Shown: one piece after another, positions 10,236 to 18,908 of the stretch
Layout of the letters: the number at the start of each line of letters is the position of its first letter
Numbering within the stretch: position 1 is the stretch's first letter
From: Granulicella sp.
Lineage (GTDB): Bacteria > Acidobacteriota > Terriglobia > Terriglobales > Acidobacteriaceae
Assembly: GCA_039922815.1 (NCBI GenBank)
Contig: JBDTDX010000353.1
Location: 1 to 52,308 of the forward strand
DNA length: 52,308 nucleotides
Direction: 5' to 3'
Made by a program: the position numbers and the translations under genes
The notes under the pieces: generated by a model
What the model saw: only the letters and a program-made list of their open reading frames with translations
What the model was told of the DNA's origin: nothing
Database searches by the model: none

Positions 10236-11597
10236 TCAAATTGCCTGTACTTCGGAGATGGTGAAGCGTAGCTTGCCGGAAGCCTCACGTTCAATTGCGG
10301 GAACACGGGTATGAACCCACCGCATGCCAGGTGGGAAAAGCTTGGCTGAGCATTCACAGAGAAGCTTCAACTCACGTGCGATGGAATGTTCATCGCCGCG
10401 GGCAGAAAAGCGAAGCTGGATAAGATCGAACTCCTTCTGAACGAACTGAATTCCGGTGACGAGTTTGAGCGTATCCTTCATCTTGCCGACCTGAATGGTG
10501 AGAGAAACTCCGGGAATCTTGGTGCCGTCGCTGAGGGTAAAATTGTCGAGAGACCGGCCGACAATCTTTCGGACTACCGGATGCCAACTTCCGCAGGGGC
10601 ATGGATCATCTTCGAGCAGGACACAGTCGGCGGTGTCATACCGGATCAGTGGAGATGCTGCATTGAGAAGGTCGGTGATTACAAGCCGGTAGATGGGACC
10701 TTCTGGTGTGATTCCCTCGGGAACTAACTCAGTGTAGGAAGCGGCGGGATGGAAGTGCAGGGATCCCCCATGAGTACACTGCGAGGCAACCATGCCGATA
10801 TCGCGTGCACCATAAAATTCATTAACCCGTGTGCCAAAGACGCGTTCAATAATGGCACGATCAATCTCAGTAAGCGGTTCAGCGGTAACGATAATGGTTG
10901 CAGGCGATCGATAACCGCCTTTCTGTTGCTCGACGTACTCTGCGAAACGCGCAACACAGCCCGAATAACCATAGATAACCCTTGGCTTATATTGCTGCAG
11001 TTTCTGATAAAAACGAGCGAATACAGCTTCGTTCATGTTGCCTACCGGTGCAGCGTGCTGGCGCATAAGTGTCTGTTGATAGAGCTTCCACTTCCAGCTT
11101 GGGTTCAGTTCGAGGTCACGGTCCGCTCCCCAGATCATAAGTACGGAATTTCCCGGCGCGTAACCGATACGTTTCTCGAGATGAATCTGCATGGCGACCT
11201 TGTCGCGAAGAGATTCCAAGTCGCGCCAGATGCGAACTGGCGGTCCTGTGGTTCCACCGGTCTGCGCGGTTTGCAGCGCATCGATGGGATAGTCTCTGGA
11301 CAGAAGTTCTTCGCCGTGATCGCGGAGAGTAGCCTTTGAGAGTAGAGGTAAAGGCAGAGGGAGGCCGGGTTTCCAGTCTTCAGGACGTAGGCCGGTCTCT
11401 TCGAAGGCGTGCCGATAGTATGGAGTACTCCGATAGGCGCGCTGCATAAGCGTCATCAGGCGCCTGTGCTGCTCTTCACGTTGTGCGTCGGGTGACATCG
11501 CGTCGAAGGCACGGAGGCTGTTGAGACGGCCGGTAAGCCCAGAGTAGCGCTCAGGCTCTGCAAAAGGAAGCACGAATCGAGTGTGCAGCCAACTCAT
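10236..11597 (-). CDS. phenylacetate-CoA ligase family (PaaK/CapK-like) adenylate-forming enzyme, copy 2
   Basis: TGGTTG P-loop, FYGARD, TDLLN..PLIRYDTAD, C-terminal SGKLR lysine. Confidence 0.87.
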   Translation of the reverse strand: MSWLHTRFVLPFAEPERYSGLTGRLNSLRAFDAMSPDAQREEQHRRLMTLMQRAYRSTPYYRHAFEETGLRPEDWKPGLPLPLPLLSKATLRDHGEELLSRDYPIDALQTAQTGGTTGPPVRIWRDLESLRDKVAMQIHLEKRIGYAPGNSVLMIWGADRDLELNPSWKWKLYQQTLMRQHAAPVGNMNEAVFARFYQKLQQYKPRVIYGYSGCVARFAEYVEQQKGGYRSPATIIVTAEPLTEIDRAIIERVFGTRVNEFYGARDIGMVASQCTHGGSLHFHPAASYTELVPEGITPEGPIYRLVITDLLNAASPLIRYDTADCVLLEDDPCPCGSWHPVVRKIVGRSLDNFTLSDGTKIPGVSLTIQVGKMKDTLKLVTGIQFVQKEFDLIQLRFSARGDEHSIARELKLLCECSAKLFPPGMRWVHTRVPAIEREASGKLRFTISEVQAI

Positions 11598-13030
11598 CTC
11601 GCGCTCCCGGAGTGGGTTTCGCCTGGCGATGAGATAAGTTTGTTCTTCACGAATCTATATTTGCCTGAAGATTCTTTATCTATGCGATCGACAAGTTGAA
11701 TATCGAGAGTAAAGTCACCTTTGAAATAAGGTTGGAGGCGCCGGAGAACTTCGGTCTTCGTCTCTGAAGAATACGTACGGTTAGGCACGATGCGGAGTTT
11801 GACGTTGCGTTCGCTCTCCTGCACATACTGAATCTGCCGGATCTCCGCCATATCAGCATGGACAAGAGTAAGTGCCGGCCCAGAGATCTTCAGGCCACTG
11901 GGAAGCTGTAGAAAGTCGGTTGTGCGACCTTCGATGCGCGCAATGCGTGGCAGATGACGACCGCAAGGACATGGTGGACCTACGGCCCAGCTTGCGTCAT
12001 CGCCGATCTCATAGCGGAGGAGCGGCATACTGCGATTCATGAGGTCGGTGACCAGAAGCCTGCCGTGTCCTGGAGGCATATTGGAACGGGGATCAATCTC
12101 TACGAACAGACTGTCGCCGTTTATATGCAAACCTGTATGGTGCTCGCACTCGCTCGCGATGACGGACAACTCGCGACACCCGTAACGATTGAATATTTTC
12201 CCACCAAAGGTATCTTCAATCACCGCCCGCTGATGATCGTAAAGTACTTCCGCAGTCGTAATGATGGATTGAAACTGGATGTCACGGATATTGTGAGCCA
12301 CACAGAACTCGGCGAACATGACGGCGGATTGTGCGTACGCGATGAGAGCCTTGGGACGATAGCGACGCAGGACGCAAACATAACGGAACAGATCTTCCTC
12401 GGAAACGGAAGCCGTATTCATAGCAATCTGCCGGTAGAGAAGGCGTTGACGCCATGGCATACCAATATGTTGCACCGTCCCTGTGTCGAGAACCGCACCC
12501 CAGAGCTGGGCGCAAAGATCTCCAGGCCGAACTCCAGCCCATGCGTTATGCCGGTCAGTACTGGCACGCCGAAGATCGAAGCGCGCCTTATCAACCCAGA
12601 ACTGGAGCGGACTACCGGTGGAACCACCTGTCCTGTTTCGTGAGCGCGCACTCTCGGGAATATTCTGTGCGAGAAGATGTTGGCCGTTCTCCTGTATGTC
12701 ACGTTTCGTGAGCACAGGCAGATGGCGCAAATCATCTACACCTTCGATTTCAAGAGGACTAAGCTGCAAAGCATCGAAACGCGCCTTGTAGTAGGGAACA
12801 TTCGTATACGCATGCAAAAGTTGTTGACGGAGTAACCGGTTCTGATGGTCACGAAGCTCGCTCTCGCTGTAGAACTGTTGACGTTCACATTGCAAACGGA
12901 ACTTCGCGTAATGCGGGTGGTCTCGACAAGCCCAAAGAGGATAAATAACATTGCGAATTACCCTGGACTCTACATGGTTAAGGACATCGCGGGCCTTCGA
13001 TGAAAATGGGAGTAACGCGGTTGTGGACAT
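11594..13030 (-). CDS. phenylacetate-CoA ligase family (PaaK/CapK-like) adenylate-forming enzyme, copy 1
   Basis: TGGSTG, RYGCRE, TDLMN..PLLRYEIGD, CPCGR, SGKYR; ATGA overlap with the next gene. Confidence 0.88.
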   Translation of the reverse strand: MSTTALLPFSSKARDVLNHVESRVIRNVIYPLWACRDHPHYAKFRLQCERQQFYSESELRDHQNRLLRQQLLHAYTNVPYYKARFDALQLSPLEIEGVDDLRHLPVLTKRDIQENGQHLLAQNIPESARSRNRTGGSTGSPLQFWVDKARFDLRRASTDRHNAWAGVRPGDLCAQLWGAVLDTGTVQHIGMPWRQRLLYRQIAMNTASVSEEDLFRYVCVLRRYRPKALIAYAQSAVMFAEFCVAHNIRDIQFQSIITTAEVLYDHQRAVIEDTFGGKIFNRYGCRELSVIASECEHHTGLHINGDSLFVEIDPRSNMPPGHGRLLVTDLMNRSMPLLRYEIGDDASWAVGPPCPCGRHLPRIARIEGRTTDFLQLPSGLKISGPALTLVHADMAEIRQIQYVQESERNVKLRIVPNRTYSSETKTEVLRRLQPYFKGDFTLDIQLVDRIDKESSGKYRFVKNKLISSPGETHSGSAR

Positions 13031-14223
13031 TACGCATGCACCTCAACAGCTTCAAATGGTGAAGCTTGCACAAGTGCGGTGTGCCACTGCGGGATCAGAT
13101 GCGCATAAACTTGCTCGATTGGAGCAAAGGGCTGGGCCACCAGAAGACGTTCGAGCTTGGCTGCCATCGTATTAAGGCCGATGGTCTGACGAAGCTGTGA
13201 GGTCGTATTGAGCTTCAGACGTGGCTGGATGGGATCGATCTCCCAAGGATGAACATATAGCATCGCTGGCTCACGATCGATCTCATTGATAGCGCGAAGT
13301 CCAGCGCGAATATATAGTTCGGGCAGCACACGAAGATACGCGCCACCGCCAACCGGCAGGTTAATGCTACATACGCGCCACGTCGCAACTGGGATCTCCA
13401 GGAGCCGACAGTCTGCAACGTAATAGGGGAAACGCATCGCCTTCGGATTCCCATAAGTGGGATGGTAGACCGGATATACGCTCGAATCGTAGGTAAAGCC
13501 AAGGTCTGCGAGAATTTCGAACGCCCACTCAGTGCCCTCGGTGATGGAAAATGAAGGAGCACGATAGCCCCGAATGACTTTGCCCCCCGCGTCCTGAATG
13601 GCCTCACGCGCTACACGAGTGTCTTCAAAAAACTCTGCGGGCGTGAGCGTATGGACTCGCCGATGACGATCACTATGACAGGCTACCTCGTGACCACGGT
13701 CTTGAATGTGCCGTACCAGGTTCGGTTGTTTGCGGGCGACCCAGCCGAGAACGAAGATCGTAGCGCGCGTATTGGTGCGATCGAGAATATCGAGTAACTC
13801 CATTGTGCTGCGCTCGATGCATGAGGGCATCGCATCCCAGGCACCTTGGTGGACAACTTTGCAGGCGACTTCGGTATGAAAGTAGTCTTCGAGATCGATA
13901 CTGAATGCGTTCGTAATGGCGGATTGCTGCGATGTAGATGTAACCGGGGTCGGGATAGCGATCTGAGTGATGACATCGGTCGCGGACCAGGTGTTCGGCG
14001 TTGGAATCCTCGGATCCAATCCTCCAGAACTTTTGAGAGTGTCGACTTTGGCGCAGAACAGCCACTTGTTTCCGAAACTTCCAAACAAACAGAAAATGCC
14101 TAGCCCAGCAAGAGTAATTGCTTGCGGTAACTGAATCCAGATGCTGCTTAGCGGAAGCAGACAGATCACACCAAGAACGAGGAACTGAGCTCGCGTTCTT
14201 CTTCGATTCGAGCTATTCTTCAT
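13030..14223 (-). CDS. polysaccharide deacetylase, XrtA/PEP-CTERM-locus subfamily (DUF3473), with N-terminal TM extension
   Basis: FSIDLEDYFH, CHSDRH, GYRAPSFSI, YDSS, PVGGGAYLR, YVHPWEID. Confidence 0.88.
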   Translation of the reverse strand: MKNSSNRRRTRAQFLVLGVICLLPLSSIWIQLPQAITLAGLGIFCLFGSFGNKWLFCAKVDTLKSSGGLDPRIPTPNTWSATDVITQIAIPTPVTSTSQQSAITNAFSIDLEDYFHTEVACKVVHQGAWDAMPSCIERSTMELLDILDRTNTRATIFVLGWVARKQPNLVRHIQDRGHEVACHSDRHRRVHTLTPAEFFEDTRVAREAIQDAGGKVIRGYRAPSFSITEGTEWAFEILADLGFTYDSSVYPVYHPTYGNPKAMRFPYYVADCRLLEIPVATWRVCSINLPVGGGAYLRVLPELYIRAGLRAINEIDREPAMLYVHPWEIDPIQPRLKLNTTSQLRQTIGLNTMAAKLERLLVAQPFAPIEQVYAHLIPQWHTALVQASPFEAVEVHA

Positions 14224-14246
14224 AGATCACCCCGCAACCTGAGTTA

Positions 14247-14262
14247 GGCACGTGTCGTACCA
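14247..14262 (-). promoter_or_regulatory. candidate sigma-54 promoter for the deacetylase-ligase-ligase operon
   Basis: Minus strand TGGTAC-GACAC-GTGCC (GG-N10-GC); predicted start site falls just upstream of RBS GGGGTG and ATG 14223. Confidence 0.6.
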
Positions 14263-14309
14263 AACTTTTTCAGACGAGATCTCAGCAATGTCTAACAAGC
14301 TGTATCAGT

Positions 14310-15782
14310 CTAGGTTGCGACAAGTTTGTTTTGTACAGATGTCGTAATTTCCACGTTTCTATGCGCCACAAAGGCATCTGGAGCGTCGAGGCGGTACTGC
14401 CGGATCTTATAAAGAAGGGCCTTGTAACTGATCTGGAGTCGCTCTGCGGCAATACGGCGATTCCAGTTAGCCTCTTCAAGCACGGAGCGAAGCATCATCG
14501 TCTCGGCTTCATCTTTTGCGCAACGGCTTGCAGCTTTGAGACCACCGCTGTAGTCAACGGACTTAGACGGGGAACTGCGGGTGAGGCTCAGGTATCGCGA
14601 CGAGGTTTTATGTTGCAGATCTACGAGGGCCATGGATTCATCGCGCATGATGAGGTGCCGCTTGACGAAGTTGCAAAGTTCACGGAGATTGCCGGGCCAT
14701 TGATACTCGAGCGCCGCCGAAATCAATTGCGAGGAAAACTCGATAGGCTCTACCTGGTGAGTGGCCGCTAGTGCTCGTGTCATATCGCGTAACAGATATG
14801 GTATTTCGACCCGACGTTCCCGTAGCGGGGGCACCTCGATGACAAAGGCGTTGAGCCGGTAGAAAAGATCTTCGCGGAACCTGCGCTCCGAGAGAGCCTG
14901 TTCCATATCGATGTTTGTAGCTGCGATGATGCGAACATTAACCTTGGTCTCAACACGTGAACCCAAGCGCGAAAAAGAGCCGTCCTGCAGAACGTGTAGG
15001 AGTTTCGCCTGGAGAGCGGCACTCATCTCGCCAATCTCATCTAGGAGGATCGTGCCCCCATCGCATTGCTCAAACTTGCCGGGCTTGGCCTTGACCGCAC
15101 CTGTAAATGCTCCGGCTTCGTAGCCGAATAGCTCACTTTCGAGTAGGTCCGCGGGAAGAGCGGCACAATTGAGCTTCAGCAGGTTCTTGCCAGCGCGTCG
15201 AGATCGGAGATGCAGCATACGCGCCACCATCTCTTTGCCCACGCCACTTTCTCCGGTAATGAGAACAGGGACATCCGGCGGAGCAATACGTTCGATTTGA
15301 CGAAGTATTTCGAGCATCGCAGGTGACCCCGCAAGAAAGAAATTGCCATCGCTGAATCGCGTAACATGTGGATGGGTGCCATTCCGCAGGTCAGTCGGAG
15401 CTTTCCGAATACGCTCATCCAATGAGGAAAGAAGCGACTCTACCTGACCCTGTTCGAGCGGCTTCATCAGGAAGTGAGTAACGCCGGCACTCCTCGCTTC
15501 TTCGAGTGCTGAGGCTGGTTGATCCTCAATCAGGAGCGCAATGGGTACCTCTTCACCGATCTGTTGAAGCGCCGCAATTTTCTTCATCGTTTCGAAGTGC
15601 GAACTGCTGCTATCCAGGAGAAGAAGATGGGGCCTTATATTCTCCCGATCGTAGAGGCGCAGGGCGTCAGACACAGATTCCGCAGCGTGGATTGTGGCAG
15701 GCATGAAGGAACAGCACCGACGAAGTTGGTCTAGCAGGCTTCTGTGGGATGCTATCAAGATGACATCCGTGCATGATTTCAT
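14310..15782 (-). CDS. sigma-54-dependent activator, NtrC-like (receiver, AAA+, Fis-type HTH)
   Basis: GESGVGKE, ESELFG, GAFTGA, LLDEIGEM, FREDLFYRL, WPGNLREL and C-terminal HTH. Confidence 0.93.
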   Translation of the reverse strand: MKSCTDVILIASHRSLLDQLRRCCSFMPATIHAAESVSDALRLYDRENIRPHLLLLDSSSSHFETMKKIAALQQIGEEVPIALLIEDQPASALEEARSAGVTHFLMKPLEQGQVESLLSSLDERIRKAPTDLRNGTHPHVTRFSDGNFFLAGSPAMLEILRQIERIAPPDVPVLITGESGVGKEMVARMLHLRSRRAGKNLLKLNCAALPADLLESELFGYEAGAFTGAVKAKPGKFEQCDGGTILLDEIGEMSAALQAKLLHVLQDGSFSRLGSRVETKVNVRIIAATNIDMEQALSERRFREDLFYRLNAFVIEVPPLRERRVEIPYLLRDMTRALAATHQVEPIEFSSQLISAALEYQWPGNLRELCNFVKRHLIMRDESMALVDLQHKTSSRYLSLTRSSPSKSVDYSGGLKAASRCAKDEAETMMLRSVLEEANWNRRIAAERLQISYKALLYKIRQYRLDAPDAFVAHRNVEITTSVQNKLVAT

Positions 15783-16120
15783 GTGGACTTCTCCTGAGAA
15801 ATAAGGCTGAAAAGCATTTCAATATGGCTGAACTGTCGTGGAGTTCTTAGCGATTCCTCGCGACGCTTCTCTTTTGCCGGTACGTAATTTCTACCCATAT
15901 TAAAGTTGCGACATTGAGGTATTGAGGTCGAACTGAAGCTCATACTTGCTAGCTGACTGCCTACACTTGACGTGCTCAAATAAGATGACAAAAATGTTGT
16001 CCGATACTCTGCTTACTGTTCCCAAAATTTCTATAAGTCGAGCAAAAAAACAGATTTCCAGTTGCGAAGCTCTTACAAAAGAGATTGCTAACTAAAACGC
16101 AAGCTAACCTGACAGCCGCG

Positions 16121-16161
16121 ATTATCGACCGTGTCAGGAGGGGCGTCAAGTCTTTTTTTTT
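16121..16161 (-). promoter_or_regulatory. candidate sigma-70 promoter for the NtrC-like activator
   Basis: Minus strand TTGACG (16149-16144), 17-bp spacer, GATAAT (16126-16121), with an A9 tract just upstream resembling an UP element. Confidence 0.6.
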
Positions 16162-16645
16162 GAGTAATTTAGGCACTCTTTAGGCAATCCAAGGTACTCG
16201 GTCGCCAAGACCTACTCGCGCTATTTTCCTACTTGAGTAACCTAATTATTCTTCAGAAGAGATCGTCTTATTGGTTACTTGGATTGCTAGGTAAACCGTC
16301 AGCAATTGATTGCTGATAAGAGTTACATTGTTGTTGGAGTTCTTTATTTTTGTTCGCAAATTGAGCCCAAATAAAAATCTTTGATGTAATAATTTTGCCA
16401 TTACTGAGTATCAAGCGGACTTTGATTACCAATTGGAAATTCAGAGGGGAAGTGCCGCAATTCCTTATTTAAAGAACGCACTTGAGCGCTCAAACGAAAT
16501 GTTACTTAAAGCGAGAACAGTAAGGGTCCCCAGCTGATAGCTGAGTTATGAGAGAGGCGATTTCGGTAAACTTTGATGTCATCCTGGCAAAAATTTCCAC
16601 ATAAATTCGGGGATTCACCTTATTGAGGATTTCGTACGTTTAAGC

Positions 16646-17509
16646 ATGTCGGAGACGGTTTCCAAATATCGTTGCGACGGAACGTCAAGATTCAAGGAAA
16701 GCGTTATGAGTACTGGCGGCATTCTGCGGAACGACAGGAGCACGATCGGAGTTGATCGAAATAAATGGCTCGGATCGAGTGAAGATGAAGGATTTCCACT
16801 GGCGGGGTCTGACTACAGAGCCTTCGTTATGACCGCGCATGCATGTCACGTCTGGTTGTGGAGGCAGCCATCGACTCCACAAGCGGGGCTAGATCTAAGC
16901 ACGTTGAGCCAGGAAGAGATCGGCATTGCTCGCTTATTTATTTTCAATAGGCAGATTGAAGTATGTGATCTGTCATCGTATGATGCGGCACTTGCTGGGG
17001 GTATTAAGATGTGCTCCCGGGGGATTGCGATAGGAACAACGGCATTCGGGAAACTTGTGCTGATCTATCCATCCAGTGAGTTACATTTCTCTTTAAGTCA
17101 TACTTCTTCTCATGCGATGGTCGCCGTTGTTCATACACCAGTGGGGGTGGATGTTGAGCAGGTTAGGCCGATTGAGCAAGCAGTCGCGGAGATGCAATTC
17201 TCCAATAACGAGCAGGGGCAGCTTGCAGCGTATCAAAGAGAGGGCTGGAGACGAGGCTTCTTTCGTTTGCTGGACACGCAAGGAGGCGTTGTTGACGGGT
17301 GAAGGGACTGGATTGAATGTTCCTCCTGGGTCATTTGATGTAGAGGTCGCGATCAAGGAGCGGCTCATCTCCAATATCGAAGCGACGCGCTGTTCACCCG
17401 AAGATGGCGACTACACGATATATCCCCATCGCAAGAAGCGATTGCGGTAGTGGCAGTCGACTGCGAAGGAAATCCAGCTTTTTCCATTAATTCGGCGCTC
17501 GCGAGCTGA
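16646..17509 (+). pseudogene. Sfp-type 4'-phosphopantetheinyl transferase, multiply frameshifted
   Basis: HVWLW, FSLSHT and VGVDVE in one frame; RLKYVICHRMMRHLLG and CWTRKEALLTGEGTGL in a second frame; WRLHDISP..AIAVVAV back in the first frame. Start uncertain. Confidence 0.85.
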
Positions 17510-18908
17510 ACTTGGCGAACGCTACATTTTTGTCACCCAAGTTTTGCTGTTCAAGCAGCGGCTGAACCTCGTTGAGCAGAGTTCGTGCGAAGAAGGCGTT
17601 GGCGTAACGGCAGACGATCTGGTGGGCACGCTGAGGTGTGATAGTACCGGAGTCTGTCCATCTCTTGATGGGCGAGTACAGAGAACGGTCAGCGAAGTCC
17701 ATGTGGCGACTACCTTCAATAGTGAGACTGTATCCACCACTTGCGGCGATTGAGTCCTGCCGAAATCGTGCATCGGCGGCGCTGAACTGCCAGTAAATCT
17801 TAAACTCTCGGCCACCTTTGCTAAGCTGTTCGGGAGTTGGCCAAGCAATCTGTTCGTTCATCTGCATGGTCGGCTTACGAAGAATAATATGGGCCGGGTC
17901 ACCGAAAACCCAGCCATCCATATTGATTGCGGAAACTACACGCGGGTCGGAATAGGCAGTCTGTAAAGCTACGCTTCCGCCAAATGAGTGGCCAACAACG
18001 CCGACCTGGTCCAGGTTAAGTGGCTTGTACCATCGGTCGATGCCTGAGATTTTGCGGTTCATCAGTCCATCGAGCACAAAGCTGTTGTCCTGCGCCTGCA
18101 GCCTAACCTCATCGTCTCCCTGCTTTTGTTCATCTTCGAATTTACGACCGGCGAAATCGTCAATTTCCGGACCGAGCGCGGAGACGATGCGAGTGCCGTC
18201 AGGAAAGGCGACTGGGCCCGAATTGTAAGTATGGTCAATACTGAAGACAACGAAGCCATGGCTGGCGAGGTCTTCCATCAAGTATTCACATTCGGTACGC
18301 GGCCCTTTCCAGGCTGGATTGAAGAGAATCACCGGATACTCATGGGTGCTGGCTGCAATAGGTGCATTGGAGAAAGAGTGAGTTCGAATAACCGTCATGT
18401 AAGAGGAGAGGAGAGTAACCTCGCTCGGCCGCCGATACGCCTCCAGCGAACCATGGGCCTGAGATGCGTCAATGGGGTACCACGCCTGCACCATGAGTTC
18501 GCGATGCCCACTCTTGAGCCGGTGACCCGTGTCTGGCCGGGAAGGATCTACGAAATGAAGGATGCGTGTTCCAACTGGATACGGACCCGTAGTAGTGGGT
18601 AGACGGAATAGGGGCAGCAGAAGCGAACTAGTCACCGTACTCCCAAGGAGCAATACGGCGACGATTGCGAAGGAGATGCGCGCAGCGAGGGATCTCGAGG
18701 AGTTCCATGCGTAAATAGGTGCAAGTACGGAAAGTAGGCAAAGCGGAATTAGCTGCCAGTACAGTCCTTGCGCAAATATTTGCACAAGAGTGGCGAGCAG
18801 CATGCCGATGAGAAGAGTGCGGACCAGACGCGTTGAAGGAGAGCGGAAGAGTAAGCTTCCAGTGACTGCAGAGCCAAACAAAATGGCGATACCAACGATC
18901 AGAGGCAC
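17487..18908 (-). CDS. membrane-anchored alpha/beta hydrolase (PAF-acetylhydrolase-like)
   Basis: N-terminal hydrophobic helices, LPTTTGPYPVG, RELMVQAWYP, GHSFGG nucleophile, NMDG, HMDFAD. Confidence 0.85.
   Translation of the reverse strand: MPLIVGIAILFGSAVTGSLLFRSPSTRLVRTLLIGMLLATLVQIFAQGLYWQLIPLCLLSVLAPIYAWNSSRSLAARISFAIVAVLLLGSTVTSSLLLPLFRLPTTTGPYPVGTRILHFVDPSRPDTGHRLKSGHRELMVQAWYPIDASQAHGSLEAYRRPSEVTLLSSYMTVIRTHSFSNAPIAASTHEYPVILFNPAWKGPRTECEYLMEDLASHGFVVFSIDHTYNSGPVAFPDGTRIVSALGPEIDDFAGRKFEDEQKQGDDEVRLQAQDNSFVLDGLMNRKISGIDRWYKPLNLDQVGVVGHSFGGSVALQTAYSDPRVVSAINMDGWVFGDPAHIILRKPTMQMNEQIAWPTPEQLSKGGREFKIYWQFSAADARFRQDSIAASGGYSLTIEGSRHMDFADRSLYSPIKRWTDSGTITPQRAHQIVCRYANAFFARTLLNEVQPLLEQQNLGDKNVAFAKFSSRAPN

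Noticed and set aside
15779-16176. Two short minus-strand ORFs of 70 and 66 aa
   Set aside because: AT-rich, non-ATG starts, no motifs; better explained as regulatory DNA.
16171-16186. AGGCAC-TCTTT-AGGCA sigma-54-like motif on the plus strand
   Set aside because: Poor -12 element and about 460 nt from a decayed gene; may be chance.
17260-17272. Programmed ribosomal frameshift in the PPTase
   Set aside because: Several independent frame changes exist, which fits decay or assembly error better than one recoding site.
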